Virus record (IMG/VR): IMGVR_UViG_3300030419_008158
Location: 220,430 to 284,429 of that record
Length of the DNA: 64,000 bases
Reading direction: 5' to 3' (one strand)
Each line of letters starts with the position of its first letter. Within the stretch, counting starts at the first letter, position 1. The notes beneath the pieces were generated by a model. The model saw only the letters and a list, made by a program, of their open reading frames with translations, had not been told where the DNA came from and did no database searches. The position numbers and the translations under genes were made by a program. Of the stretch, positions 63,692 through 64,000 are shown piece after piece.

Positions 63692-63946
63692 TTAGTAATC
63701 CTTTAGCGCCTTTATTTGTTTTTCTAGATCTTCTGCCGCACGAATAACCTCTGGCTTTTGATTTTGCTTGGCTTCAGTCCATATGTCCCACAGCGCAGAA
63801 GTAGCTTCAGAAATGGAATCAATTGCCCTTTGTAAGTGCTCCGAGCGATAAGCTGCACGTGCAAACATATGATCAGCCTGCTCATTGAGAAGCCTGGCCT
63901 TCTCTTCTTTGATGATTCTTCTTAATTGCCTTTTAGTAATCTTCAC
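63692..63946 (-). CDS. Class B leader cargo protein
   Basis: VKITKRQLRRIIKEEKARLLNE; GGAGG RBS. Confidence 0.75.
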   Translation of the reverse strand: MKITKRQLRRIIKEEKARLLNEQADHMFARAAYRSEHLQRAIDSISEATSALWDIWTEAKQNQKPEVIRAAEDLEKQIKALKDY

Positions 63947-64000
63947 TGTTATCCTCCAAGCCGGCTATTCAAAATCTGAACTGCCTGAGCTAGTGTCTTG

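Noticed and set aside
50290-63946. Repeat-unique-repeat pattern as a CRISPR array or integron attC array
   Set aside because: The repeats are degenerate at synonymous positions, in frame at gene starts and non-palindromic, the unique parts are whole ORFs, and no cas or integrase gene is present.
50290-63946. Leaders as RiPP precursor or Sec/Tat signal peptides
   Set aside because: There is no hydrophobic h-region or double-Gly site, payloads are folded-domain size, and no adjacent maturases or transporters exist. The late-promoter and L-x-E context favours capsid targeting, though this is unproven.
1-64000. Bacterial chromosome, prophage or eukaryotic giant-virus origin
   Set aside because: SD sites, tmRNA, TilS, Def and endolysins indicate a bacterial host. 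The sheath gene, phage promoters, dense one-strand small ORFs and scattered host-like genes indicate a large lytic phage, and no integrase or att site is seen.

Overview
This 64 kb window is almost certainly part of a large, contractile-tailed (T4-like or jumbo) bacteriophage genome. It is densely coded, almost entirely on the minus strand, in the standard genetic code. It contains a tail-sheath gene, a tubulin/PhuZ-like GTPase, four cell-wall hydrolases, ThyX, an RNA ligase, UvsE, HNH/GIY-YIG/SNase nucleases and a DNA methyltransferase. Host-like genes include pckA, cysK, guaB/guaC, kamA, def, tilS, hsp20 and a sugar-modification cluster. RNA genes are a tmRNA and 8 tRNAs. The most striking observations are: (1) About 32 otherwise unrelated ORFs begin with one of two related amphipathic leaders (MKLLREYIRxLLxE or MKITKRQLRRIIKEE...L-x-E). 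The leaders also recur inside proteins just after a Glu. This looks like a greatly expanded capsid-targeting, prohead-protease-processed cargo system whose payloads include ADP-ribosyltransferase-, GNAT-, metalloprotease-, papain- and ParB/Srx-like domains. (2) One cargo gene (53119->52385) has an in-frame TGA followed by a bacterial SECIS-like hairpin, making it a candidate phage selenoprotein that the ORF track missed. (3) The tRNA cluster holds a tRNA-like RNA whose anticodon loop is replaced by a 114-nt structured insert, followed by a second unannotated structured RNA of about 215 nt. (4) Two promoter classes can be read from the sequence: GTGTAA-N17-TATAAT, and a late-type ATAHTTA motif that precedes structural, lysis and cargo genes. 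(5) A CglF/GltF-like gliding-motility gene and the tmRNA tag point to a Myxococcota-type host. Functional calls are motif-based by eye; no database searches were run.
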